A stretch of 64,000 bases of DNA from an uncultured Eubacteriales bacterium. Lineage in GTDB: Bacteria; Bacillota; Clostridia; Lachnospirales; Anaerotignaceae. The first letter of the stretch is position 1; each line of letters starts with the position of its first letter. Both the position numbers and the translations under genes were made by a program. The notes under the pieces were generated by a model. It was not told the DNA's origin. It searched no databases and saw only the letters and a list, made by a program, of their open reading frames with translations. Location: positions 15,540 through 79,539 of the forward strand of contig URCD01000001.1 of the NCBI GenBank assembly GCA_900546215.1. The letters are read 5' to 3'. Positions 54,647 through 63,329 of this stretch are shown piece by piece.

Positions 54647-55540
54647 ATGAAGAAAAAGTTATTTTCAGTAGCAGCATTAGCGATGGCTTGTACAGTCGCA
54701 TTGGCAGGCTGCTCATCAAAATCAAACGAAACATCAAATGAAGACTCAGGAAAACAGCAGACAGCGGCTGACGGTGAAGGCGCGGCAGCAGACAACGTAC
54801 TCACAGTAGCAATGGAATGCGGATACGCTCCATATAACTGGACACAGCCGACAGACCAGAACGGAGCAGTTCAGATTAAGGACAGCCCCGACTATGCTTA
54901 CGGATATGACGTAATGATGGCAAAGCATATTGCTGAGGAGCTTGGCATGGAGCTTGAAATCGTTAAGCTTGACTGGGATTCACTTGTACCAGCAGTTCAG
55001 TCGGGAACAGTAGACTGTGTTATCGCAGGACAGTCAATCACATCTGAAAGACTTGAAATGGTAGACTTTACAGAGCCTTACTACTATGCTTCAATCGTTA
55101 CGCTTACAAAGGCAGACAGCCCCTACGCAGACGCTGCAAGTGTAGCTGACCTTGCCGGCGCAACATGTACTTCACAGCAGAACACAATATGGTATAACGT
55201 TTGCCTCCCTCAGATTCCCGATGCAAACATTCTTCCTGCACAGGAATCAGCTCCGGCTATGCTTGTTGCGCTTGACGCAGGCAAATGCGACATCGTTGTA
55301 ACAGACCAGCCTACAGGGCTTGCGGCTACAGTAGCATATCCTGACTTCAAGCTTCTTGACTTTACAGGCACAGAGGGCGAATTTGAAGTATCAGATGAAG
55401 AAATCAATATCGGTATCTCTCTTCAGAAGGGCAATACAGAGCTTCTTGACAAAATCAACGGCGTACTTTCCACTATGACACCTGATGACTATGTTCAGCT
55501 GATGAACGAGGCTATATCTGTTCAGCCCCTCAGCGAGTAA
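54647..55540 (+). CDS. Amino-acid ABC transporter substrate-binding lipoprotein (probably lysine-specific, given the riboswitch)
   Basis: Lipobox 'LAGCSS' and a family-3 SBP fold pattern. Start 54647 (aaggaagg, 7-nt spacer). Confidence 0.75.
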   Translation: MKKKLFSVAALAMACTVALAGCSSKSNETSNEDSGKQQTAADGEGAAADNVLTVAMECGYAPYNWTQPTDQNGAVQIKDSPDYAYGYDVMMAKHIAEELGMELEIVKLDWDSLVPAVQSGTVDCVIAGQSITSERLEMVDFTEPYYYASIVTLTKADSPYADAASVADLAGATCTSQQNTIWYNVCLPQIPDANILPAQESAPAMLVALDAGKCDIVVTDQPTGLAATVAYPDFKLLDFTGTEGEFEVSDEEINIGISLQKGNTELLDKINGVLSTMTPDDYVQLMNEAISVQPLSE

Positions 55541-55580
55541 TTTATAATATTTTGCGCCAGACAGAAAGGAGAGAGCTAAA

Positions 55581-56402
55581 ATGCCCGCAACATTCGGAGA
55601 ACGAGTATTGTACATCTGGGAGCGCTACAGCGGATCCTTTCTGCGCGGCGCCGGAAATACAATGCTTATTGCTCTGATATCAACCTTAATAGGCTGTATT
55701 ATCGGATTTATTGTAGGTATTATCCAGACAATACCCACTGACAGAAAAAAGAACCCAATCAAATGGTTTTTCGTAGGCTTAATAAAGTTTATACTGAACG
55801 TTTATGTCGAGGTGTTCAGAGGAACGCCAATGATGGCGCAGGCCATGTTCATTTACTTTGGCTCCGCAGTCCTGTTTAATATTAATATGGGAATGTGGCA
55901 GGCCGCGTTCTTCATTGTTTCCATAAATACCGGAGCGTATATGGCGGAGACGGTCAGAGGCGGAATACTCTCAATTGACCCCGGTCAGACTGAGGGTGCG
56001 AAGGCTATAGGCATGACTCATTTTCAGACAATGGTTAACGTAATTCTTCCACAGGCTCTGAGGAATATTATGCCTCAGATAGGAAATAACCTTATAATCA
56101 ATATTAAAGATACCTGTGTTCTTTCAGTAATAGGAATTGTAGAGCTTTTCTATACCACAAAGGGTATTGCCGGAGCGCTTTATACTTATTTTGAAGCATT
56201 TGCAATCACAATGGTAATCTATTTCATACTTACATTCGCATGCTCAAGAATACTGCGTTTTTGGGAAAACAGGATGGACGGTCCGGATAACTTCGACTTG
56301 GCCACAACCGATACGCTTGCGCATACAAGCGGAATGTACAGCTATAATAAAAAGGTATCTAAGGTTGGAAACCTTAATAACGACAGCAGGGAGGGAAGGT
56401 AA
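55581..56402 (+). CDS. Amino-acid ABC transporter permease (HisM/GlnP family)
   Basis: Multi-TM with the EAA-like loop '[23 protein letters not shown]'. Confidence 0.8.
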   Translation: MPATFGERVLYIWERYSGSFLRGAGNTMLIALISTLIGCIIGFIVGIIQTIPTDRKKNPIKWFFVGLIKFILNVYVEVFRGTPMMAQAMFIYFGSAVLFNINMGMWQAAFFIVSINTGAYMAETVRGGILSIDPGQTEGAKAIGMTHFQTMVNVILPQALRNIMPQIGNNLIINIKDTCVLSVIGIVELFYTTKGIAGALYTYFEAFAITMVIYFILTFACSRILRFWENRMDGPDNFDLATTDTLAHTSGMYSYNKKVSKVGNLNNDSREGR

Positions 56403-57145
56403 TGGAGGATAATCATGTATTCCAGATAAACCATTTAGGCAAGACCTTCGGTGCGAACGTCGTTTTAAAGGATATAGACTTTACAGTAGACCACGGCGAC
56501 GTCACATGTATAATTGGCGCGTCGGGCTCAGGAAAATCGACTCTTCTCAGATGTATGAATCTTCTTGAAACTCCGACAAGCGGCGAGATACTTTTCCACG
56601 GCAAGCCCATAACAGGCAAAAACTTTGACCAGTGCTCCTACCGTGCCAAGGTTGGAATGGTATTCCAAAGCTTTAATCTTTTCAGTAACATGACCGTACT
56701 TGAAAACTGTATGGTAGGTGTTACAAAGGTTTTGAAAAGAAGCAAGGAAGAGGCACGCCAGTCAGCTATTTATTATCTTGAGAAAGTAGGCATGGCACCG
56801 TATATAAATGCTAAGCCAAGACAGCTTTCAGGCGGACAGAAACAGCGTGTTGCAATTGCGCGCGCCCTCGCAATGAAACCTGAGGTAATTCTCTTTGACG
56901 AGCCGACATCGGCGCTTGACCCGCAGATGGTTGGTGAGGTTCTTGCAGTTATAAGAACTCTTGCTGAGGAAGGCTTTACGATGATAATTGTAACCCATGA
57001 GATGGCCTTTGCCAGAGACGTTTCCAGCAACGTTGTGTTTATGGCAGACGGAGTTATATGCGAAAAGGGAAGCCCTGAGGAAATATTTGAAAATCCAAAG
57101 GATGAAAAGATGAAGGAATTCCTTTCAAGGTTTAGAAATTCATAA
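56402..57145 (+). CDS. Amino-acid ABC transporter ATP-binding protein (GlnQ-like)
   Basis: Walker A 'GASGSGKST', signature '[15 protein letters not shown]', Walker B '[11 protein letters not shown]'. Confidence 0.85.
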   Translation: MEDNHVFQINHLGKTFGANVVLKDIDFTVDHGDVTCIIGASGSGKSTLLRCMNLLETPTSGEILFHGKPITGKNFDQCSYRAKVGMVFQSFNLFSNMTVLENCMVGVTKVLKRSKEEARQSAIYYLEKVGMAPYINAKPRQLSGGQKQRVAIARALAMKPEVILFDEPTSALDPQMVGEVLAVIRTLAEEGFTMIIVTHEMAFARDVSSNVVFMADGVICEKGSPEEIFENPKDEKMKEFLSRFRNS

Positions 57146-57146
57146 A

Positions 57147-57182
57147 ACAAAAGCCTCACTCATTGGGTGAGGCTTTTATTAA
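57147..57182. terminator. Bidirectional terminator
   Basis: aaaagcctcac-tcattgg-gtgaggctttt. Confidence 0.7.
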
Positions 57183-57238
57183 TTAATCAGAGATTTTTGC
57201 ATTACAAAGTTTGTAAGAAATACTCCGTTTCTTAATAC

Positions 57239-57637
57239 CTACTGTTCTTTAATTACATTGTAGCCGCGCCTTAGAAAAAATGGCTTTGCCGTTATAGATG
57301 CGTGTACAGTTATCAGGCCTGTATTAACAGATGCCTCAAGCAGGCTGCAAATAGCCGATGCTGTGCCCTTTCCCTGAAAATTCCTATGTACGAAAAGCCT
57401 ATCCAGATAGCCCGTTTCATCTATATCTCCAAAACCGATTAATATTCCGTTTTCTACCGCAACTAAGCAATAATGCTGCGTAAGTGAACGGTCCCATTTA
57501 TCAAGGTCCGGATTTTTCGGCGCCCATGCATCAAGCTGCTCCTTACTGTAGTCTGCTGCGTTGACCGTATGTACGGTATTATAAAACAGCTTTGCGGTAG
57601 CCGGACAGTCAGCTGAATTGTATTTTCTTATAACCAC
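57239..57637 (-). CDS. GNAT-family N-acetyltransferase
   Basis: 132 aa. 'RNFQGKGTASAICS' acetyl-CoA binding motif. Confidence 0.7.
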   Translation of the reverse strand: MVIRKYNSADCPATAKLFYNTVHTVNAADYSKEQLDAWAPKNPDLDKWDRSLTQHYCLVAVENGILIGFGDIDETGYLDRLFVHRNFQGKGTASAICSLLEASVNTGLITVHASITAKPFFLRRGYNVIKEQ

Positions 57638-57741
57638 ACTGTATCCTCCTTAAACAAAAATTAAATTTGCCGATACAGCCAATAATAGCATATAAGCAAT
57701 TCCAAGGCAACAAAGTGATGAGGCACATCAGTATTTCTGTA

Positions 57742-57770
57742 TTGACCGAGCAGTGATTTTATGCTATCAT
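57742..57770 (+). promoter_or_regulatory. Sigma-A promoter (TTGACC-17-TATCAT) upstream of a leader ORF and the corC-like gene
   Basis: ttgacc at 57742-57747, a 17-nt spacer, tatcat at 57765-57770. Confidence 0.45.
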
Positions 57771-57822
57771 ATATTGCAATAACTATTTCTAGAGGTTTGA
57801 TTTTAAGGAGGATTGTTTGGCA

Positions 57823-57930
57823 ATGGAAGATGACAGCGGCGATAGTTGCGACCATAATTATACTCGATTGCTTGAACTTGAATATCTTGAATATTTTATA
57901 AGAGGCATACCCGCAGTTTACAGGAATTAA
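57823..57930 (+). CDS. Candidate 35-codon leader peptide ORF (MEDDSGDSCDHNYTRLLELEYLEYFIRGIPAVYRN)
   Basis: An AAGGAGGA RBS lies 11 nt upstream. It is not in the ORF track (<60 aa). Its stop codon lies inside the downstream hairpin. Confidence 0.25.
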   Translation: MEDDSGDSCDHNYTRLLELEYLEYFIRGIPAVYRN

Positions 57931-57960
57931 GCTATGGGTGTGCCTTTTTGTACTTTTTTT
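57903..57960 (+). terminator. Hairpin plus T-run between the leader ORF and the corC-like gene (candidate attenuator)
   Basis: ggcatacccgcag...ctatgggtgtgcc (imperfect) followed by tttttgtacttttttt. Confidence 0.35.
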
Positions 57961-57990
57961 AGGGTTATTTAAATATTTAGGAGGATTAAA

Positions 57991-59295
57991 TTGAGTTCAC
58001 TAATACTACAGATTGTACTTATATTTTTAAACGCGGTTTTCGCTTCCGCCGAAATTGCGGTTATTTCAGCTAATGACGCCAGGCTTTCCAAGCTTGAAGA
58101 GGAAGGCAACAAAAACGCCGCAAAATTAAAAAGATTAACTGACCAGCCTGCAAAATTTTTAGCAACAATACAGGTAGCCATTACTCTTTCGGGCTTTCTG
58201 GCATCAGCCTTTGCCGCCGAAAACTTTTCCGATAAGCTTGTAGACTGGGTAATTGGAATGGGCTATACGGCTGTACCGGCCTCAACACTCAATTCAATAG
58301 CTGTCGTTTTGATTACATTGATACTTTCATATTTTACATTGATTTTCGGTGAGCTTGTGCCTAAACGTATTGCTATGAAAAAGGCCGATAAGCTTGCTCT
58401 GGCAATGGCGCCTATGATAACTGTTGTATCAATGGTCTTTGCTCCGATTGTTTGGCTTTTGACGGCTTCTACAAATGGGATACTTCGCCTTATAGGCATT
58501 GACCCCAACGCTGAGGAGGATGATGTCAGCGAGGAAGAGATAAGGCTTATGGTTGACGAAGGCGGTCAAAAGGGAATTATTGATGTTGAAGAGCAGGAAA
58601 TGATAAATAATGTGTTTGAGTTTGACGATTTGACAGTGGATGAATTTGCTACACACAGAACGGATATATCGCTTCTCTGGCTTGACGAGTCGGTTGAGGA
58701 ATGGGCGAACACTATACATGAAAGCAGACATACTAAATATCCTGTATGTGACGAAACTGTTGATAAAATAATAGGAATACTTGATGTTAAGGACTTTTTC
58801 AGGCTTATGGATGAGCCTAAGGAAAGAATTATTAAGGATGCTGTAAAGCCGGCGTATTTTGTTCCGGAAAGCGTCCACGCAGATGTGCTGTTCAGACAGA
58901 TGAAAAATACTCATAATTATTTCGCGGTTGTACTTGATGAATACGGAGGAATGACGGGTATAGTAACAATGAACGACCTGCTTGAGCAGATTGTAGGAGA
59001 TTTGGATGAGGAGCCTACCCCCGAGGAGGAAGAACCGGATATAGAAAAAATCGACTCAAAGACATGGAAAATACAGGGAGGTGCGGAGCTTGACGAAGTA
59101 GCCGATACCCTTAAAATACAACTTCCTATTGAGGAATATGACACCTTTGGAGGCTATATTTTCGGTAATTACGGTACAATACCTGATGACGGCTCTGTGT
59201 TTGAAATCAGCCTTCCGCCGCTTCATGTGAAGGTTACGGAAATTAAGGACCATAGGATAAAAAAAGCACTCGTGTGCTTTGACGAGGCTTTATAA
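57991..59295 (+). CDS. HlyC/CorC (CNNM) family transporter: DUF21 + CBS pair + CorC_HlyC domain
   Basis: 434 aa. N-terminal DUF21 TM region, two CBS domains, and a C-terminal transporter-associated domain. TTG start 5 nt after taggagga. Confidence 0.7.
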   Translation: MSSLILQIVLIFLNAVFASAEIAVISANDARLSKLEEEGNKNAAKLKRLTDQPAKFLATIQVAITLSGFLASAFAAENFSDKLVDWVIGMGYTAVPASTLNSIAVVLITLILSYFTLIFGELVPKRIAMKKADKLALAMAPMITVVSMVFAPIVWLLTASTNGILRLIGIDPNAEEDDVSEEEIRLMVDEGGQKGIIDVEEQEMINNVFEFDDLTVDEFATHRTDISLLWLDESVEEWANTIHESRHTKYPVCDETVDKIIGILDVKDFFRLMDEPKERIIKDAVKPAYFVPESVHADVLFRQMKNTHNYFAVVLDEYGGMTGIVTMNDLLEQIVGDLDEEPTPEEEEPDIEKIDSKTWKIQGGAELDEVADTLKIQLPIEEYDTFGGYIFGNYGTIPDDGSVFEISLPPLHVKVTEIKDHRIKKALVCFDEAL

Positions 59296-59308
59296 TGCTA
59301 CATAAGAC

Positions 59309-59340
59309 TTGCCGGGTTATTAACCCGGCTTTATTTATGC
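59309..59340 (+). terminator. Rho-independent terminator
   Basis: gccgggtta-t-taacccggc followed by tttattt. Confidence 0.6.
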
Positions 59341-59489
59341 TGATTTATATATTTGAGTTTTGTTTATAATGTTCAATATACGGCTGTTTTAGAAATGAAT
59401 TTTATAAGATTTAAAGATAAAATCTTTTTGACTTAAATGCGTTAAAGTGCTAAAATAAGAATGCATATTTTAGGAAAGGACTTAAAAAA

Positions 59490-60797
59490 ATGAATAATAT
59501 CAAATTGAAGTACGGAAAATCAGAAGTTGAAATATCTCTTGAGGGTGCGAAAAGCGTAACAACGCTGCTTGAAAATCCTATGGAAGAGATTAAAGATATA
59601 AAAAAGGAATTTCGATATTGTGTTGAGGATGGGGCAATAGGCACGAAGCCCTTGAAGGAGCTTATTGCCTCCGATGATCCTGTAACAATAGTTATAAGCG
59701 ATATGACAAGATTTTGGATGCATCAGGATGTGATTTGTGAGCTTCTAGTAAGATACCTTCATGAGGATATGCAGGTGCCCTTTGAAAACATTGCCGTGGT
59801 CATAGCCCTTGGCACTCACAGGAAGAATACCGAAGAGGAAAAGAAAATTCTTGCAGGGGAATATGTTTATAGCAATGTCGCTGAGGTAGTTGACCATGAC
59901 TGCGACGCTGATGACCTTGTTTTCGTCGGAACAACTGATATGGGGACAGCGGTCAGCGTCAATCCGCTTGCTGTAGGAAGAAAGCTCATTGTAATCAGCG
60001 GTACGGTTCATCACCTGATGGCAGGCTACGGCGGGGGCAGAAAGAGTATTGTTCCGGGAATAGCTTCAAGAGAGACAATAAAGATGAATCATATAAGGGC
60101 GCTTGACCCATCTGAGCCTAAATCGGATGACAGGGTTGGGAGCGGCAAGTTCACAATGAATCCGATAAATATTGATATGAGAGAGGCCGGGGAGCTTGTA
60201 AATCCCGTATTTGGTATTAATATCTGCGTCAACTCTGCGTCAAAGCACAGCGGACTTTTCTGCGGCGATTTTGATAAGGCATGGAAGGAGAGCTGCATGT
60301 ATATTCAAAGGTCATATGGACTTCCGATACAGAGCGAGGCGGATGTTGTATTTGTAAGCTGCGGCGGATTTCCAAAGGATCTGAACTTCTACCAGTCCAC
60401 AAAAAGCCTTTTTAACGGTATAAGGGCCCTGAAGGAGGGCGGTACAATAGTAATGCTTGCGGAATGCAGTGAGGGCAGCGGGGCAAGGGATTTCTTTGAC
60501 TGGATAGAGCCGTTAAAGGCAGGCTGTCTCGATGAAAGCCTGAGAAAGGACTTTACAATCGGCGGGTATATATTCTATGCGGCATGCGAGTCAATAAGAA
60601 AGGGCAATGTGCTGCTTCTTTCAAGCCTTGACCCCAATGAAATTAAGGATATGGGCGTAAAATCATTTAACAGCATGGACGAGCTCATGAAAAATGTTGA
60701 TTTAAACGGAAAGGATGTATATGTAATACCATATGGAGGCAGCCTTGTGCCCCAGCTTCAGGAGACATACATGGAATTTATTGACGACTTAAAATAA
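59490..60797 (+). CDS. larA: LarA-family (nickel-pincer-nucleotide-dependent lactate racemase-like) 2-hydroxyacid racemase/epimerase
   Basis: 435 aa. N-terminal DUF2088 pattern 'VEISLEGAKSVTTL', the 'DMTRFWMHQD' region, and a C-terminal LarA domain. Substrate specificity is not assignable from sequence. Confidence 0.55.
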   Translation: MNNIKLKYGKSEVEISLEGAKSVTTLLENPMEEIKDIKKEFRYCVEDGAIGTKPLKELIASDDPVTIVISDMTRFWMHQDVICELLVRYLHEDMQVPFENIAVVIALGTHRKNTEEEKKILAGEYVYSNVAEVVDHDCDADDLVFVGTTDMGTAVSVNPLAVGRKLIVISGTVHHLMAGYGGGRKSIVPGIASRETIKMNHIRALDPSEPKSDDRVGSGKFTMNPINIDMREAGELVNPVFGINICVNSASKHSGLFCGDFDKAWKESCMYIQRSYGLPIQSEADVVFVSCGGFPKDLNFYQSTKSLFNGIRALKEGGTIVMLAECSEGSGARDFFDWIEPLKAGCLDESLRKDFTIGGYIFYAACESIRKGNVLLLSSLDPNEIKDMGVKSFNSMDELMKNVDLNGKDVYVIPYGGSLVPQLQETYMEFIDDLK

Positions 60798-60816
60798 AAC
60801 TTGGAGGACACCAAAG

Positions 60817-62223
60817 ATGAACATACCTTTAATCATAGTTGTTTTATACGTAATACTGCTGTTTGGAATTAGCTTTTATGTTTCTAATAAACAGAAAAAG
60901 GACGGAGATTCTTTTCTGCTTTATAAGGGCAAAAACGGAATATTTGTCGTGGCCTCAAGTATTGCCGGGCTTGCGATTGGAGGGGCTTCTACCATAGGTA
61001 TAGCCGAAAACGCATTTACGGTAGGTCTCTCGGCAGGCTGGTATGATACTGCATGGGCTATAGGCGCTGTTATAACAGCCTTTCTGGCGGTTAAATATTT
61101 ACGAAAAAGCGGTTACAGTACAATAAGCGCCTTGGTAAATGAAATGTACGGCAAAAAAACAAGCTTTATTATGGTAATATCCATGTGTATAATCCAGTCT
61201 GGTATAATTGCCCTCCAGTATAAGGCCGGAGGCTCAATACTGGCGGCGCTGCTCCCCGAAATTTTTACGACGGAGTCAGGCACATTCTTTTCATTTATCA
61301 TTTTCATGCTTGTAGCCATGATTGGCGGAATGGGCAGCGTATCTCTAACAAATGTACTTAACCTCATACTTATATATGTCGGCGTCATCGTTGCGACTAT
61401 AATTGTTCTCAGCGGTCACGGCGGCTGGGGTGCAATACAGACGCTTGTTGCGGCGGAACCCGAGGTTCCTTATATGAGCCTTACAGAAGGCATGGGCTGG
61501 ATAGGAATTATAAGCTGGATTATAGTTATGATTGGAAATACAAACTCAGTACAGGGAGTTGTGCAGATTGGCCTTACTGGAAAGGACGACAGGTCAGCAA
61601 AATGGGGGTATATAATAGGGGCAGTGCTTATGGTACCGGTAGGCTTTATATGCGCGCTTTTGGGTGTTGCCAGCAAGGCGCTTCTTCCGGAGGCTGCGGC
61701 TGCGGAGGCTCTTCCGAAAATACTAATGAGCATACCTCCTGTGTTGGGCGGAATTACGCTTTCCGGCCTTTGGGCGGCAGATATGGGAACCGGCTGTTCT
61801 ATGATCGTGGGCCTTTCCACAACTGTAAGCTCAGACATAGTATACCGTCTGCCTGTTGGACAGAAGCTGCAAAACAGAAAGGCAGTCGTCAACAAAATTA
61901 TAGTTGTACTTTCAAGTATAGTTACATATCTCATAGCCACTCAGATGGGGGCAATTCTCGGCGCGATGCAGAAGGCACTTTCACTTGCAATCGGAACCTC
62001 ATTTATAGTAATAGGCGCCCTTCTCGCGCCTAAATTTTCAAGCAGAAAGGCTGGCTTCTGGACGATTTTGGCCTCAATTATAGCTATCATACTTTGGAAT
62101 TTTGTTCCATCGCTTACAGGCATATTTAAGAGCGTCGGCATATTCATGGTTATTGTCTGCGGAGTGGTATTTATTATAATAAGCGCGGTCGATAAGGATA
62201 AGGTGCAGATTAACAGACAGTAA
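60817..62223 (+). CDS. Sodium:solute symporter (SSS) family transporter
   Basis: 468 aa, about 13 TM. N-terminal 'LLYKGKNGIFVVASSIAGLAIGGASTIG' resembles the SSS signature region. RBS ggagga. Confidence 0.55.
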   Translation: MNIPLIIVVLYVILLFGISFYVSNKQKKDGDSFLLYKGKNGIFVVASSIAGLAIGGASTIGIAENAFTVGLSAGWYDTAWAIGAVITAFLAVKYLRKSGYSTISALVNEMYGKKTSFIMVISMCIIQSGIIALQYKAGGSILAALLPEIFTTESGTFFSFIIFMLVAMIGGMGSVSLTNVLNLILIYVGVIVATIIVLSGHGGWGAIQTLVAAEPEVPYMSLTEGMGWIGIISWIIVMIGNTNSVQGVVQIGLTGKDDRSAKWGYIIGAVLMVPVGFICALLGVASKALLPEAAAAEALPKILMSIPPVLGGITLSGLWAADMGTGCSMIVGLSTTVSSDIVYRLPVGQKLQNRKAVVNKIIVVLSSIVTYLIATQMGAILGAMQKALSLAIGTSFIVIGALLAPKFSSRKAGFWTILASIIAIILWNFVPSLTGIFKSVGIFMVIVCGVVFIIISAVDKDKVQINRQ

Positions 62224-62225
62224 AT

Positions 62226-62262
62226 AAAAAGGAGATGTTTTTAACATCTCCTTTATTTTTAT
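62226..62262. terminator. Bidirectional terminator
   Basis: aaaggagatgtt-ttt-aacatctccttt followed by a T-run. Confidence 0.7.
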
Positions 62263-62873
62263 TCAATTATCTCGTCAGCCAGTCTTTTAATTGCGTCCCA
62301 GTCATTGCGGTTCATATGGTCATAAACGGCTATTAAATGGCAGCCGGCGCCCTTTGCGCTTTTGGCCGCATAAAGAGCGTCCTCATAGACTGTTGTGCTT
62401 TCAGGCCTGAAGCCCATTAAATCACAGGTTTTTAAAAATATATCCGGGGTTCGCTTAGACATCCCAAGGGTTTGGGCGGTATAAACCTCTTTAAAGCAGT
62501 GGCCTATTCCATTTCTGTTCATAGCTGCAATCGCTAAATCTCTGTCGGAGGTCGTAAGTATACACATTTTAGAGCCGCTTTCGTATTCGGAGAGAACGAG
62601 CTCCTTCATTCCCGGTTTTAGTTTAAGCTCATTGCGGTAGTTATTGCTTATCAGCTTTAGGAAATCCTTAACAATACTCTTTACGGTTCCTTCAAGCCCA
62701 AGATGTGTGATAAAATACTGCGCGGATTCTTCCATCGTCTTGTTCTCTATTACCTCCCTTAAATCAGGAGGAGGGTTTATTCCCTTTTTTATAAGATATA
62801 TACTGCCGAGATTTTCCCACATTCCCATGGAATCCAGCAGTGTTCCGTCCATGTCAAAAATTATATTTCTCAT
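62259..62873 (-). CDS. HAD-superfamily hydrolase (beta-phosphoglucomutase-like subfamily IA)
   Basis: 'IIFDMDGTLLDS' motif I at the N-terminus. Confidence 0.75.
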   Translation of the reverse strand: MRNIIFDMDGTLLDSMGMWENLGSIYLIKKGINPPPDLREVIENKTMEESAQYFITHLGLEGTVKSIVKDFLKLISNNYRNELKLKPGMKELVLSEYESGSKMCILTTSDRDLAIAAMNRNGIGHCFKEVYTAQTLGMSKRTPDIFLKTCDLMGFRPESTTVYEDALYAAKSAKGAGCHLIAVYDHMNRNDWDAIKRLADEIIE

Positions 62874-63193
62874 TATTCCCAGTCTTTTTCATTGTTTCCG
62901 TCAAGGTACTTGTCTGTTTTCTGGTTGATTGTAAGTATTCCATCAGTCGGGTTAAAGTCTATTTTTACATAACTCATTACGCTTGGAGCGCCGGCTTCAA
63001 TTGCTATGTACTGGCACTGCTTTACAATATCTATAAGCTGGTCAAGCTCGCCCTCGATAGTTGTTTCAAAGGGTGACACAAATGTTTTAAGCCCCTGGGC
63101 TTTAATATATTCTATGCACTTGTCAACTACTTCGCAGATTTTGTCTTTTTCAGTTACTCCCGGCAGAACCTGTATTGCTACACTTGCTTTCAT
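62873..63193 (-). CDS. MTH1187/YkoF-family (thiamine-binding-like) small protein
   Basis: 'MKASVAIQVLP' start, typical of the family. Start 63193 (AAGGAGGA RBS) is preferred over the longer ORF. Confidence 0.55.
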   Translation of the reverse strand: MKASVAIQVLPGVTEKDKICEVVDKCIEYIKAQGLKTFVSPFETTIEGELDQLIDIVKQCQYIAIEAGAPSVMSYVKIDFNPTDGILTINQKTDKYLDGNNEKDWE

Positions 63194-63295
63194 GCTGTAT
63201 TCCTCCTTAATGTAATTAAATTCCTTTATCCTATAGAATATCACAGTGATAATTTTTATTCAAGGCCATAATTTTTTGTTTTTTCAAGGGTGTAT

Positions 63296-63328
63296 AATAA
63301 ATGCCCCGGAAATTCCGGGGCATCTAAA
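63296..63328 (-). terminator. Terminator downstream of the livF-like gene
   Basis: atgccccgga-aat-tccggggcat. Confidence 0.55.
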
Positions 63329-63329
63329 A

